Assembly: GCF_963921235.1 (NCBI RefSeq)
Contig: NC_086097.1
Location: forward strand, 163,930,001-163,994,000
Source: Mobula hypostoma
Taxonomy: Eukaryota
Direction of reading: 5' to 3'
Length of the DNA stretch: 64,000 nucleotides
The position numbers and the translations under genes were made by a program. Positions 1-12,358 of this stretch are shown here, piece after piece. Every line of letters begins with the position of its first letter. The first letter of the stretch is position 1. A model generated the notes under the pieces. The model saw only the letters and a program-made list of their open reading frames with translations. It searched no databases and was not told where the DNA came from.

Positions 1-191
1 TCATTACCGGTACGTGGTGGGAGATCAAGAACACGTGGGCGAGGAAGTCTGTCAGGACACTGGGCACTCTTCGCCACAGTACACCCTGCGCGGTCTGTCA
101 CCATACACGAACGTCAGTGTGAAACTGGTCCTGATGAACTCAGAGGGGAGAAAAGAAAGCCAGGAACTTGTGATCCAGACAGATGAAGATG
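1..191 (+). CDS. PTPRM: Internal coding exon (5' end outside the window) of a receptor-type tyrosine phosphatase, R2B family, FN3 domain; best match PTPRM
   Basis: Frame from nt 2 reads [63 protein letters not shown], close to the PTPRM segment [32 protein letters not shown] as recalled. Ends GAT G|GTAAGC, a canonical phase-1 donor at 192. Confidence 0.88.
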
Positions 192-1107
192 GTAAGCAAT
201 GAACGGTTGAAGCTTGAAGCTTAATTGTGATCGATGACAATGTTCAAAGTACCCTGTATATGCAGGATTCAATTTTGACCTTACTTACCCTGTGTGTGTC
301 CTGCCTTGTTTGATATTAGCCTTGCCTCTGGGTAGGTGGCAAAAACAAATGCCTTTAAAACCTTCTCCGAGTATCCAGATCGAACATAGAACACTACAGT
401 AGAGGAAGAGGCCCTTTGGCCCATGGTGTCTTTGCCCAACATGACAACAAATTAAATTAATTCCCTCTTCCTGCACATGATCCATGTCCCTACATTACCT
501 ACATGCTCATGTGTCTCCCTGAAAACCTGTAAGCGTCATGATTGTGCCTCTTTTCTTCACTATTCATGGCAGGTTGCTGCAGGTACCTGCTACTCTGTGT
601 GTGTAAAAAAAATCTTGCTCTGCACATTCCATTTAAACTTTTCCCTTGTAACCTTTAACGCTATAACCTCTAGAAAATGACAGGGAGCGAGATTCTGACT
701 GCACACCTAATAGAGTGAATTGTGAATACTACTGAGGAATATCATTCTACAAATAATTTCATACTACTATGTAAAATACCTGGGGCACCCTAAACACAAT
801 TGTTATTTTAACACTGCCCTCCATGGGGAAGTGACTTTTTCCCAATAGGTGAATTAGAAACAGGCAGGGACATAGGAGATTTGTTTTACTAGCTTTGCTT
901 CGTGTTCCCTGTGGAAGGTAGAAATCTTTTCTGGTCCCGTTACCAGTGTGTGGTTGGAGATCACGAAGATATTAAGATACACAACGAAAGGTGCAGTATC
1001 CTCGGCTCCCTCACTGTCTCCCCTTCTACTAGAAACTCCAGAGCCTCAATGCCATTCGGAGCACGAGTTTGCTAGGTTTGGGATAATTAAATGAAACCAG
1101 TGCAACA

Positions 1108-2980
1108 CCATAAAAGCATAAGATACAGGAGCAGGATTAGGCTATTCAGCGCTTCAGGTCTGCTCCGCTATTTCATCATGGCGATGGATTTTCACTCTCA
1201 GCCCCATTCTCCTGCCCCACCCCTGTAACATTTCACACCCTGACTAATCAACAACTTATCGACATCCATTTTAAATACATTCAGTGACCTGGCCTCTCCA
1301 GCTACCACTGGCAATGAGATCCACAGATTTACTGACATTTGGTTTAAGAAATTCCTCCTCATCTCCATTCTAAATGGACGTCCCTCTATTCTGAGGTTGT
1401 GCTCTCTAGTCCTAGATTCTCCCACTGTAGGAAATATCCTCTCCACATCCACTCTACATCGACTGTATCTAGGCCTTACAACATTCAATAAGTTTCAATG
1501 AGATCCCACCCCCCGCCCCACAACTCTTCTAATCTTTAGCAAGTACAGGCCCAGAGCCATCAAACACTCCTCATATGATAACCATTTCCTGGAATTATTC
1601 TCGTGATCCTCCTCTGAACCATCTCCAATGTCAGCACGTCCTTTCTTAGAAAAGGGGCCCAAAACTGCTCACAATATGCCCAATGAGATCTCATCAGTGC
1701 CTTATTAAACCTGAGCATTACACCCTAGTTTTCACATTCCAGTCCTCTCAAAATAAATGCTAACATTGCATTTGCCTTCCTCATCTCTGACTTAACCTGC
1801 AAATTAACCTTTAGGGAAACCTGCACATGTACCTCGGATCTTTGAATTTTCTGTCTGCTTGGAAAATAGGCTATGCTTTTGATCCTTCTCTTAAAGTGCA
1901 TGACCATACACTTCCCAACTCTCTATTCCATCTGCCACTTCTTTGCCCTTTCTCCTAATCTGTCTAAGTCCTTCTGCAGCCTCCTTGCTCCCTCAACGTT
2001 ACCCGCCCGCACACCTATCTTTGTATTATCCGCAAACTTGGTCACAAAGCATCAGTTCCACTATTGAAATCATTGGCATATAATGTAAAAAGAAGCGGTC
2101 TGAACACCAACCTCTGGGGAGCACCCCAAGTCACCAGCAGCCAATCAGAAAAGGCTCCCTTTATTCCACTCTTTGCCTCCTGCCAATCAGCCAATTTTCT
2201 ATCCATGCTAGCATATTTCCTGTAATACCATGGGCTCTTATCTTGCTAAGCAGCCTCATGTGTGGCACTTTGTCAAACGTCTTCTGAAAATCCAAGTACA
2301 CAGTATCCACTAATTCTCCTTTGTCTATCCTGCTTATTATTTTGTCAAATAATTCCAACAGGGAGTCGATTGTTAAGGATGAGGTCTTAGGGTACTTGGA
2401 GGCACATGATAAAATATGCCATAGTCATCCTTAACAATCAACTCCAACATCTTCCCAACCACTGAGGCTAGGATAACTGGCCTATAATTTCCTTTCTTCT
2501 GTCTCTCTCCCTTCTTGTGACATTTGTCATTTTCCAGTCCTCTGGAACCATGCTAGAATCTAGTGATTCTTGAAAGGTCATTACTAATGCCTACCTTGTT
2601 CAGAACTCTGAGGAGTAGTCAATCTGGTTCAGGTCTAGCTTCAGACCTTTCAGGTTCCCAAGCACATTCTCCCTAGAACTAGTGATTGCACTCACTTCTG
2701 CCCTCTGACACGCTTGAACATCTGGCATACAAATGTGTCTTCCACAGTGAAAACTAACACTAAGTATTTACTTATTTCATCTGTTGTTTCCTCGTCCCTC
2801 ATTGCGACCTCTCCGGCATCATTTTCCAGTGGACTGATGTATACTCTCATCTCTCTTTTACCCTTTGTAGACCTGAAAACACTTTTGGTATCTTCTTTGG
2901 TAGTACTGGCTTGCTTACCTTCATATTTCATCTCTTCCCTCCTTATGCCTTCCCACTAATCTTTGCTCTGTTATATATCC
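1108..2980 (-). mobile_element. Decayed 5'-truncated CR1-type LINE (RT region and 3' end)
   Basis: Minus-strand peptides VYLDFQKTFDKVPHMRLLSKIRAHG, RKANAMLAFILRGLE and MRRNFLNQMSVNLW; 3' tail remnant near 1108-1125. Confidence 0.85.
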
Positions 2981-3319
2981 TCTCTTTTGCTTTTATTTTG
3001 TTCTTATTCCCAAAAAAGACTCAATGACAGTTAAAATCTGTTCTGAGGTTTCAGGTGAAAGAAGCTTGAGCTTAAATGCTATTTTGAACTTTTTAAAAGA
3101 TTTTTGTTGAATATGGACACTGAAACAGACAAGATAATTAGAAGTCTTGATTCAGTGCTTCCCAATGTGTAATTCTGTGCATTGTGTGTCAGATCCAATA
3201 ATTGCTGGACAAAACATGTTTCATTATGGGGAAAAAATGTTCAGTGGTAGAAATGCCTCCACTGCACAGCTCACAGATACTGAAGAGGTGCAAAGAAGTA
3301 TTCGTGAGATGAGAACTAC

Positions 3320-3417
3320 AAATTCTAGATGGAAATGTCAACAAGTTGTTCTGGTCTAGCCATATGAACATCATAGTCAAGAAAGTACACCAGTACCTCT
3401 ACTTCCTCAGAAGGCTG
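3320..3417 (+). mobile_element. Rex1/Babar-type LINE fragment, left half (split by the Gypsy insertion)
   Basis: Reads ...VKKVHQYLYFLRRL and continues after the far LTR at 16583 as LRKFRIFPMTRTNFYGCI. Confidence 0.65.
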
Positions 3418-3640
3418 TGTATTGTGTTGAAACTCCAGAAACTAATCAAAAGAAAAGCCAAGGAGCCGAACCAATACTCTAATTAGTTGTTATTCTTTAG
3501 TGAAACACTCACATATGACATGGTGGCGTAATGACATATGCCACTCATGTATTTATTAATGAATTATGTAAATGACAAAGAATGCTTAATCAAATAATGT
3601 TTACAATATTACTCAAATATTACTGAAATATTAAATTATA
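3418..3640 (-). repeat. 3' LTR of the Gypsy element
   Basis: Similar to 16356-16582, sharing the blocks gaaactaat, ctttagtga, cactcacatatga, aagaatgc and tttacaatattact. Adjacent ctcctcc at 3641 is a polypurine tract on the - strand. Confidence 0.8.
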
Positions 3641-5131
3641 CTCCTCCATGCTTAGCTATAAAATCCAACTCAATATAGAATCAAAGCCTCACTGTTAATT
3701 TGTGTGAAATTTCTCTGCAGCAATAAAGGAACATATATTGGTTGACAGTGACATAAGCTGTGGTGGAGGAGTTTTACAGTGAAAAAGCCACTGCACAGGG
3801 GCAGTTCCACTCTCTTGACCTCAAGAAGCTTGGTGCAATGGTATGAAAAATCATCACGACTGGAGAGTTCCTTGGCTGCAATGGATAGCCATGACACCTT
3901 CTGTGCCTTTCTCATGCCCATCGCTCTCCTTGAAGCATTGCACCACTGTCTTCTTGGCCATTGAATCTTGTAGTTGATCTCATCCGCTCAGTCCGCCAGA
4001 ACTGGCTTCACGTGCTGGGGCAGGCATATTCCTATCCCACCAAGGTTTCCCTCACCTAGATTAGCCTGCCTATCGAGGCAGCGTACTGGGGGGTCGCCAC
4101 TGTCATATGCAAACAGTTATTTGGAGCCACAGGTGAGAGCTGGGTGGCAGGTGGGGTCCAAAGGTGGATGAGCTGCCCCTGGGCAGAGGACGACAAGCCC
4201 ACCACCAGAGGTGCTACCCCTGCCCGGACACCCCTCTCTGCAGCAGTCAGGTAATGTGATGTAAAGGCTATGGAGAGTTCACTTCCGTCATTCATAACAT
4301 GTGACATGAGTGCACCTATACCGTAAGGTGAGGCATCACAGGCAATCTTCACTGGACGATGTGCATTACAACGTATGAGTACAGTATCTGACTTCAACAT
4401 TTCCTTTGCCTTTTGGAAAGCCATCTCACACTGTTTTTTCCATTGCCACATCCTCCCGATCTCTCGTAGTGAGTCCAGGGGTTGGAGCACAAAAGCCAGC
4501 TTTGGCGGGAACCTGTTATAGTAATTGACAAATCTGAAAAGGGACTGTAACTGTGACATGTCTTTAGCCTTGGGGCATCCACCACTGCTTGAATTTTCTC
4601 AGGACACTTGTGTAATCCTTGTGACTACAGGAAGTGAAGCTTGGTTTCAAGAATTCACACTTCTCTTGTGCTCTGAGCCAATAATCTTCCAATCTTTTTT
4701 AACACTCTCTTGAGATTTTGGAGATGTTCCTTGTAATTCTAACTGGTAACACTGAGTACCTGCGCAGCTTTGCAGCACCTACTCCGTATCCTTCCATCAG
4801 AACTGAAGTACAGATGCTACTCCAAAAATAAGCCCGCAATAGTGATAAAGCCCTTTGTAAGTGTGAAGAGTGAGAAACACCTTGAACTCTTCCATCTCCA
4901 TCTGTAGATAGGCCTTGGCTAAGTCCACTTTGCTGAAGTGTTTTCCTCCAGAAAGGTTTGCAAAGGTATTGATCTACTTTCTGTACTGGTTTGATGGTGA
5001 TCTTTAAATGTTGGTTACTAGGAAAACTGGTGTTGCCAATGGGCTCCACTCAACCTTTAAAAGAATTTGTGGAATCTAGCTCACTGACTACTTTATCGCG
5101 GAAGGTAGAAGGAACCAGATGGGCTTTGTAA

Positions 5132-6960
5132 TATGTGAAAAGAAAAAGATTGGTTAAGACAAATGTAGGTCCCTTACAGTCAGAAACAGGTGAATTGATC
5201 ATGGGGAACAAGGACATGGCAGACCAATTGAATAACTACTTTGGTTCTGTCTTCACTAAGGAGGATATAAATAATCTTCCGGAAATAGTAGGGGACCGAG
5301 TGTCTAGTGAGATGGAGGAACTGAGGGAAATACATGTTAGTAGGGAAGTGGTGTTAGGTAAATTGAAGGGATTAAAGGCAGATAAATCCCAGGGCCAGCT
5401 GGTCTGCATCCCAGAGTGCTTAAGGAAGTAGCCCAAGAAATAGTGGATGCATTAGTGATAATTTTTCAAAACTCTTTAGATTCTGGACTAGTTCCTGAGG
5501 ATTGGAGGGTGGCTAATGTAACCCTGCTTTTTAAAAAAGGAGGGAGAGAGAAACCGGGCAGTTATAGACCAGTTAGCCTGACATCGGTGCTGGGGAAAAT
5601 GCTAGTCAGTTATCAAAGATGTGATAACAGCACATTTGGAAAGTGGTGAAATCATCGGACAAAGTCAGCATGGAGTTGTGAAAGGAAAATCATGTCTGAC
5701 GAGTCTCATAGAATTTTTTGAGGATGTAACTAGTAGAGCGGGTAGGGGAGAACCAGTGGATGTGATATATTTGGATTTTCAAAAGGCTTTTGACAAGGTC
5801 CCACACAGGAGATTAGTGTGCAAACTTAAAGCACATGGTATTGGGGGTAAGGTATTGATGTGGATAGAGAATTGATTGGCAGACAGGAAGCAAAGAGTGG
5901 GAATAAACGTGACCTTTTCAGAATGGCAGGCAGTGACTAGTGGGGTACCGCAAGGCTCAGTGCTGGGACCCCAGTTGTTTACAATATATATTAATGACTT
6001 AGACGAGGGAATTAAATGCAGCATCTCCAAGTTTGCGGATGACACGAAGCTGGGCGGCAGTGTTAGCTGTGAGGAGGATGCTAAGAGGATGCAGGGTGAC
6101 TTGGGTAGGTTAGGTGAGTGGACAAATTCATGGCAGATGCAATTTAATGTGAATAAATGTGAGGTTATCCACTTTGGTGGCAAGAATAGGAAAACAGATT
6201 ATTATCTGAACGGTGGCCGATTAGGAAAAGGGGAGGTGCAACGAGACCTGGGTGTCATTGTACACCCGTCATTGAAAGTGGGCATGCAGGTACAGCAGGC
6301 GGTGAAAAAGGCGAATGGTATGCTGGCATTCATAGCAAGAGGATTTGAGTACAGGAGCAAGGAAGTTCTACTGCAGTTGTAGAAGGCCTTGGTGAGACCA
6401 CACCTGGAGTATTGTGCGCAGTTTTGGTCCCCTAATCTGAAGAAAGACATTCTTGCCATAGAGGGAGTACAAAGAAGGTTCACCAAGTTGATTCCTGGGA
6501 TGGCAGGACTTTCATATGATGAAAGACTGGATCGACTAGGCTTATACTTGCTGGAATTTAGAAGATTGAGGGGGCATCTTATTGAAACGTATAAAATTCT
6601 AAAGGGATTGGACAGGCTAGATGCAGGAAGATTGTTCCCGATATTGGAGAAGTCCAGAATGAAGGGTCACAGTTTAAGGATAAAGGGGAAGCCTTTTAGG
6701 ATGGAGATGAGGAAAAACTTCTTCACACAGAGAGTGGTGAATCTGTGGAATTCTCTGCCACAGGAAACAGTTGAGGCCAGTTCATTGGCTATATTTAAGA
6801 GGGAGTTAGATATGGCCCTTGTGGCTAAAGGGATTAGTGGGTATGGAGAGAAGGCAGGTATAGGGTTCTGAGTTGGATGATCAGCCATGATCATACTGAA
6901 TGGTGGTGCAGGCTCGAAGGGCCGAATGGCCTACTCCTGCACCTATTTTCTACATTTCTA
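5132..6960 (+). mobile_element. Relatively young 5'-truncated CR1-type LINE inserted in Gypsy pol
   Basis: RT motifs YRPVSLTSV, YLDFQKAFDKVPH, GVPQGSVLGP, KFADDTKL and VRPHLEYC, with few lesions; TTTCTA-type tail; TGTAA at 5127-5131 and 6961-6965. Gypsy pol reads through when the insert is removed. Confidence 0.93.
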
Positions 6961-8222
6961 TGTAACACTTGGCTGTTACATTTTCATTTACCACTTTCTT
7001 AGCCTTGATTTGTTTGAGTTTTCCAATGCCATTCTTGACCAATGTTGTGACATCATCCAGTACCTTTCTCTAATCCGCATTCAGTTGACTCTGTTGTAGG
7101 GGATGTGGCATTGCCAATGGTGTAGGGATCTCCAATGAAGTTATGTCTGTCTCAACCAATCGCATCCCACAATACAGGCCCTCCCATTCTTAACCACATA
7201 CATGCCTAATGTGGCTTTTTGGTTATTGTATTTCACTGTTATGAATGTCATTCCCACAGGAGTTACCTTTTCACAAGTATAAGTTTCTAGTTGGAAATCT
7301 GCAGGCTTTAGTTCAGTTTCTTTGAAATGCCTTTCAAACTCATTTTGTGGAATGACTGAAACAAGGAAGCCAGTTTTCAATTCAATGTAATTCATTTGCC
7401 ATTCACTTCTGGTGTAAGCCATATTGCTTGTTTCTTGTTAGTTTTCACATTGTAAATCCTAAGGCTACACTGTCCTGTGTTATTCTCATCATTATCAGAT
7501 TTTTTATCAACATCATGCAGATTAGTGCTCTTTTTGAAACTGCAGCCTGACTTCTTAATCTTTTTTCTCTTCCCAGTGCAGTCTATGTATTTTTGTCTGC
7601 CCCACATGTCTTTGTATGTGGCTTACTTTGTTGCATAGTTTGCAAGTTTTGCATTTTAAACCTGCATTGGTCTGGTGTATGTGAGCTCCTGTCATAATAT
7701 TAACACAACTTGTTTGACCAGGCTGGTTTCTGTTTGGATGTTGCAATTTTGTTCATGCTTGCTTACATTCCTAGCTGCAACTCAATTATATCTCTCTCTG
7801 CCGTTTCCATTGATACAACTATTTGAATTGCTCTTTTAAACGTAGCTTGTGCTTCAGTTCGGAGCTGTTTCTGAATGCTTTCTTGTAAGATTTCACAAAC
7901 AAAATCATCTCTCAGTGCACCATTAATGAACTGGAAATTCTCAGACAATCTCGTCAATTCAGCCACATTTGCTAAAATGGACTCCCCTTCCTTTTGAATC
8001 CATTTATGAACCCAAAGCATTCTGCAATGAACAATAGTTTTGGTTGTAAATGTTTCTGCACTACATTCTCGATATCATCAAAGTTCATTTCGGTTGGTTT
8101 AGTTGGAGCAGTTAAACTCCTAAGCAAACTGTATGCTTTTCCAACAACTGCATGCAGGAACACTGGCACTCTCTTTTCATCAGTTATTTCATTTGCATCA
8201 AAATACTGCTCAATTATACATC

Positions 8223-8250
8223 TTTTCTTTTCTTTTTAAATCTTTTTATT
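8223..8250 (-). terminator. L1 polyadenylation signal and short A-rich tail
   Basis: The - strand reads AATAAA (8250-8245), AAGATTT, AAAAAGAAAAGAAAA, then the TSD. Confidence 0.8.
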
Positions 8251-8581
8251 GAGTAAGTATACAAAAAAGGTAAGCCATATAAACATTAATACAATGTTAA
8301 AGTATAATAAAATTCCAAAAGATAACAATACCAAAAAGAAAATACTACAAACAATGTAATTTAAGCATAAGAAACCAAGATAACATAATAGTATACTAGA
8401 TTTTATATATATCAATGGAAAAAAAGAAAAAAAAAACCCCAAAAAAAAACCCACCGTGCAACTAACTAAAAGCAAAGCAAAGCAATGGGCTAACTTGAAA
8501 CCAAACAGAGTTAAACTTAAAATCACGTCCTCAATCCCGACCTCCATTAAAACAGTGAAGAGAAAACAAGAAGGGTAAATA

Positions 8582-11500
8582 TTACATTAAATGAAAATAT
8601 CGAATAAAAGGTCCCCAAATCTGTTCAAATTTAAATGAAGAATCATAAAGGTTACTTCTAATTTTCTCCAGATTCAAACATAAAATCGTCTGAGAAAACC
8701 AAAAAAAGGTAGTTGGAGCATTAAGCTCTTTCCAATGTTGTAAAATACATCTTTTCGCCATTAAAGTAAGAAATGCAATCATTCTACGGGCTGAAGGGGA
8801 AAGATTACTAGAAATTTTAGGTAGTCCAAAGATAGCAGTAATAGGGTGAGGAGAGATATCTATATTTAATACCTTAGAAATAATATTGAAAATATCTCTC
8901 CAAAAAGTTTCCAAAGTAGGGCAAGACCAAAACATATGAGTTAAAGAGGCTATCTGCCCCGAACATCTATCACAGAAAGGATTAATATGCGAGTAAAAAC
9001 GCGCTAACTTATCTTTGGACATATGTGCTCTATGAACCACTTTAAATTGAATTAGGGAATGTTTAGCACAAATAGAGGAAGTATTAACTAATTGTAAAAT
9101 CTGCCCCCAATCATCCACAGAAATGGTAAGCCCCAATTCCTGTTCCCAATCTACCCTAATCTTATCAAATGGAGCTTTCCTAAGTTTCATAATAATATTA
9201 TAAATCATAGCCGATGCACCTTTCTGACATGGATTAAGGTTAATTATCGAATCTAAAATATATATAGGAGGAAGCATTGGAAAGGAAGTAAGTATAGTAC
9301 TTAGGAAATTTCTAACTTGTAAATATCTAAAAAAATGTATTCTTGATAAGTTATATTTGTTAGATAATTGTTCAAAAGACATAAGGGAACCATCTAAAAA
9401 TAAATCCAAAAACCGTAAAATACCCTTAGTCTTCCAAATTTGAAAAGCGCGATCCGTAAAAGAGGGAGGAAAAAATATGTTACCTAAAATAGGAATCGCT
9501 AACCCGAATTGATTAAGATCAAAAAATTTTCTGAATTGAAACCAAATGCGCAAAGCATATTTAACTATCGGGTTAGAGACCTGCTTAAGACGTTTCGAAT
9601 CAAAAGGAAGAGAGGAACCTAAAATAGAACCAAGTGTATAACCCTGAACAGATTGTAATTCCAATGCTACCCATTTAGGAATAAATAGTATGTCCCGATC
9701 AAGTAACCAAAATTTCATATGTCGAATATTAATAGCCCAATAATAAAATCTAAAGTTAGGTAATGCTAAACCTCCATCTCTCTTAGCTTTCTGTAAATGT
9801 ATTTTACCCAGTCTCGGATTCTTGTTCTGCCAAATAAATGAAGAAATTTTAGAGTCAACTTTATCAAAAAAAGATTTAGGAACGAAAATTGGTAATGCCT
9901 GAAACACATATAAAAATTTTGGCAAAAAAAACATCTTAACTGCATTAATACGACCAATCAAAGTTAAATATAAGGGAAACCATTTAGATGAAAGTTGAGT
10001 AATATGGTCTATTAATGGTAAAAAGTTAGTCTTAAATAAATCTTTATGTTTACAAGTAATTTTAATCCCAAGATATGAAAAGTAATTATTAATCAATTTA
10101 AATGGAAATTTATAATATAAGGGAAGATGTTTATTAATCGGAAAAAGTTCACTCTTACTAAGATTTAATTTATAACCTGAGAAAAGACCAAATTGTGCTA
10201 ATAACTCTAAAACAGCAGGAATGGATCTCTCAGGATTAGAAATATATAAAAGTAAATCATCAGCATAGAGTGATAATTTATGGGACTTTAATCCCCGAGT
10301 TATCCCAGTAATATTTAAAGATTCTCGAATAGCAATTGCAAGAGGTTCTAATGCAATATCAAATAATAGGGGACTAAGAGGACAACCTTGTCGAGTACCA
10401 CGAAAGAGAGGAAAAAAAGGTGAGTTTAAGGAGTTAGTACGAACCGAGGCTACAGGGGAGTAATATAACAGTTTAATCCAGGATATAAATTTCAAGCTAA
10501 AATTAAACATTTCAAGCACCTTAAATAAATAAGGCCATTCTACTCTATCAAAAGCTTTCTCGGCATCTAAAGAAATAACACACTCAGGAACATTTTGTGA
10601 GGGAGTATAAACGATATTTAACAATGTACGAATATTATAAAAAGAGTAACGACCTTTAATAAAACCCGTTTGGTCTTCCGAAATAATAGAAGGAAGTACT
10701 TTTTCTAGTCTATTTGCTAATAACTTAGAAAAAACTTTAGAATCAACATTTAATAAAGATATTGGTCTATAAGATGCACATTGAGCAGGGTCTTTATCCT
10801 TCTTTAGTATTAAAGAAATTGATGCTCTATTAAAAGATTCCGGAAGTTTACCAAGTTTCAAAGAAGCCTCAAAAACCTTATAGAGCCAAGGAATCAATAA
10901 AGAAGCAAAACATTTATAAAATTCAACGGTAAACCCATCAGGGCCAGGAGCTTTCCCCAGATTCATAGAAAAAATAACATTCTTAATCTCATCCATTGTA
11001 ATGGAAGTATCTAATAAAGAAGACATATCCTGTGAAATCAGAGGGAAGTCTAACTTATCTAAAAAATCATTCATATATTTAGAATCTCGAGGAGACTCTG
11101 ATTGGTATAAAGAAGAATAAAAATCACAAAAGGTTTGATTAATCCCCACATGATCCAATATCAATCGATCATTTTGGTTATAAATCTGATTGATTTGAGA
11201 TTTAACATAATTAGATTTCAATTGATTAGCCAGCAGCTTGCCAATTTTATCACTGTGAACATAAAAATCACTTCTTGTTTTCTTTAATTGGTTTACAATC
11301 GAGGACGAGAGTAGTAAACTGTGTTCCATTTGAAGTTCAGTTCTTTGTTTGTATAGCTCCTCAGAAGGAGCCATAACATATTTCTTATCAATTTCTTTAA
11401 TCTTGTCCACAATTACCAACTCCTCCTGCTTCTGTTTCTTCCTCAAAGCAACGGAATACGAAATAATCTGACCCCGAATATAGGCTTTAAAAGTGTCCCA

Positions 11501-12358
11501 AAGAGTGTTAACCGAAATATCTTCTGTATGGTTAATTGTAAAAAAAAGCTCAATCTGTTCATTCATAAAATTAACAAAGTCCGAGTCCTGAAGCAACAGC
11601 GAATTAAAACGCCATTGTCTATTGTTTGGTATATTGGCCATAATTTTAATAGAAAGCTTAAGTGGAGCATGATCCGAAATGGTTATAGAATCATAATCAC
11701 ATTTAATCACTGAAGAAATGAGACGAGAATCAATGAAAAAATAATCAATTCTTGAATAGGAATGATGAACATGTGAAAAGAAGGAAAAATCTTTTTCCTG
11801 AGGATGCAGAAAACGCCAAATGTCCGTCGACCCAGAATCAGAAAGGAAAAAATTAATCAAATTTGCAGATTTATTAGGTAAAGTCCGTAAAGGAGCCGAA
11901 CGGTCCAAAGCTGGAGATAAACAGGTATTAAGATCTCCGCCCCAAATCAATGAAAACTCGTTCAAATTCGGAAACTGATCAAACAATGATTTATAAAATT
12001 CCGGACAATCCATATTAGGAGCATAAACATTAACCAAAACTACTTTTTTATTAAATAATAAACCACTAACCAATAAAAATCTACCATTCGGATCAGAGAT
12101 AATATCCTGTTGTATAAAAGTAACTGAGGAGTCTATAAAAATAGAGACGCCTCGAATCTTAGCATTGGAGTTCGAATGAAATTGTTGTCCCTTCCAAAAT
12201 TTGAAAAAACGTAGTCTGTCCCCCCTCCGTACATGGGTCTCTTGTAAAAATAAAATTTGTGCTTTAAGTCTCCGGAACACTTTAAAAACTTTTTTCCTTT
12301 TAATAGGATGATTAAGACCATTAGTATTCCAGGAGACAAAATTAATAATAGACTCCAT
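8582..12358 (-). CDS. L1 ORF2p (1258 aa from the first ATG): APE endonuclease, reverse transcriptase, C-terminal CCHC knuckle; uninterrupted
   Basis: EN motifs SWNTNGLN, LQETH, NVYAPN, GGDLN, SRIDY and SDH. RT motifs KAPGPDGF, YRPISLLN, SLDAEKAFD, GTRQGCPLSPLLF, YADD and YLGI. C-terminal CDRC-x8-H-x4-C. Confidence 0.96.
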   Translation of the reverse strand: MESIINFVSWNTNGLNHPIKRKKVFKVFRRLKAQILFLQETHVRRGDRLRFFKFWKGQQFHSNSNAKIRGVSIFIDSSVTFIQQDIISDPNGRFLLVSGLLFNKKVVLVNVYAPNMDCPEFYKSLFDQFPNLNEFSLIWGGDLNTCLSPALDRSAPLRTLPNKSANLINFFLSDSGSTDIWRFLHPQEKDFSFFSHVHHSYSRIDYFFIDSRLISSVIKCDYDSITISDHAPLKLSIKIMANIPNNRQWRFNSLLLQDSDFVNFMNEQIELFFTINHTEDISVNTLWDTFKAYIRGQIISYSVALRKKQKQEELVIVDKIKEIDKKYVMAPSEELYKQRTELQMEHSLLLSSSIVNQLKKTRSDFYVHSDKIGKLLANQLKSNYVKSQINQIYNQNDRLILDHVGINQTFCDFYSSLYQSESPRDSKYMNDFLDKLDFPLISQDMSSLLDTSITMDEIKNVIFSMNLGKAPGPDGFTVEFYKCFASLLIPWLYKVFEASLKLGKLPESFNRASISLILKKDKDPAQCASYRPISLLNVDSKVFSKLLANRLEKVLPSIISEDQTGFIKGRYSFYNIRTLLNIVYTPSQNVPECVISLDAEKAFDRVEWPYLFKVLEMFNFSLKFISWIKLLYYSPVASVRTNSLNSPFFPLFRGTRQGCPLSPLLFDIALEPLAIAIRESLNITGITRGLKSHKLSLYADDLLLYISNPERSIPAVLELLAQFGLFSGYKLNLSKSELFPINKHLPLYYKFPFKLINNYFSYLGIKITCKHKDLFKTNFLPLIDHITQLSSKWFPLYLTLIGRINAVKMFFLPKFLYVFQALPIFVPKSFFDKVDSKISSFIWQNKNPRLGKIHLQKAKRDGGLALPNFRFYYWAINIRHMKFWLLDRDILFIPKWVALELQSVQGYTLGSILGSSLPFDSKRLKQVSNPIVKYALRIWFQFRKFFDLNQFGLAIPILGNIFFPPSFTDRAFQIWKTKGILRFLDLFLDGSLMSFEQLSNKYNLSRIHFFRYLQVRNFLSTILTSFPMLPPIYILDSIINLNPCQKGASAMIYNIIMKLRKAPFDKIRVDWEQELGLTISVDDWGQILQLVNTSSICAKHSLIQFKVVHRAHMSKDKLARFYSHINPFCDRCSGQIASLTHMFWSCPTLETFWRDIFNIISKVLNIDISPHPITAIFGLPKISSNLSPSARRMIAFLTLMAKRCILQHWKELNAPTTFFWFSQTILCLNLEKIRSNLYDSSFKFEQIWGPFIRYFHLM

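Noticed and set aside
192..202. ORF-track tail GKQ* and the read-through of ORF 34365-34661 past 34475 as real protein ends
   Set aside because: Both run past canonical GT donors, and similarity to PTPRM stops exactly at the donors.
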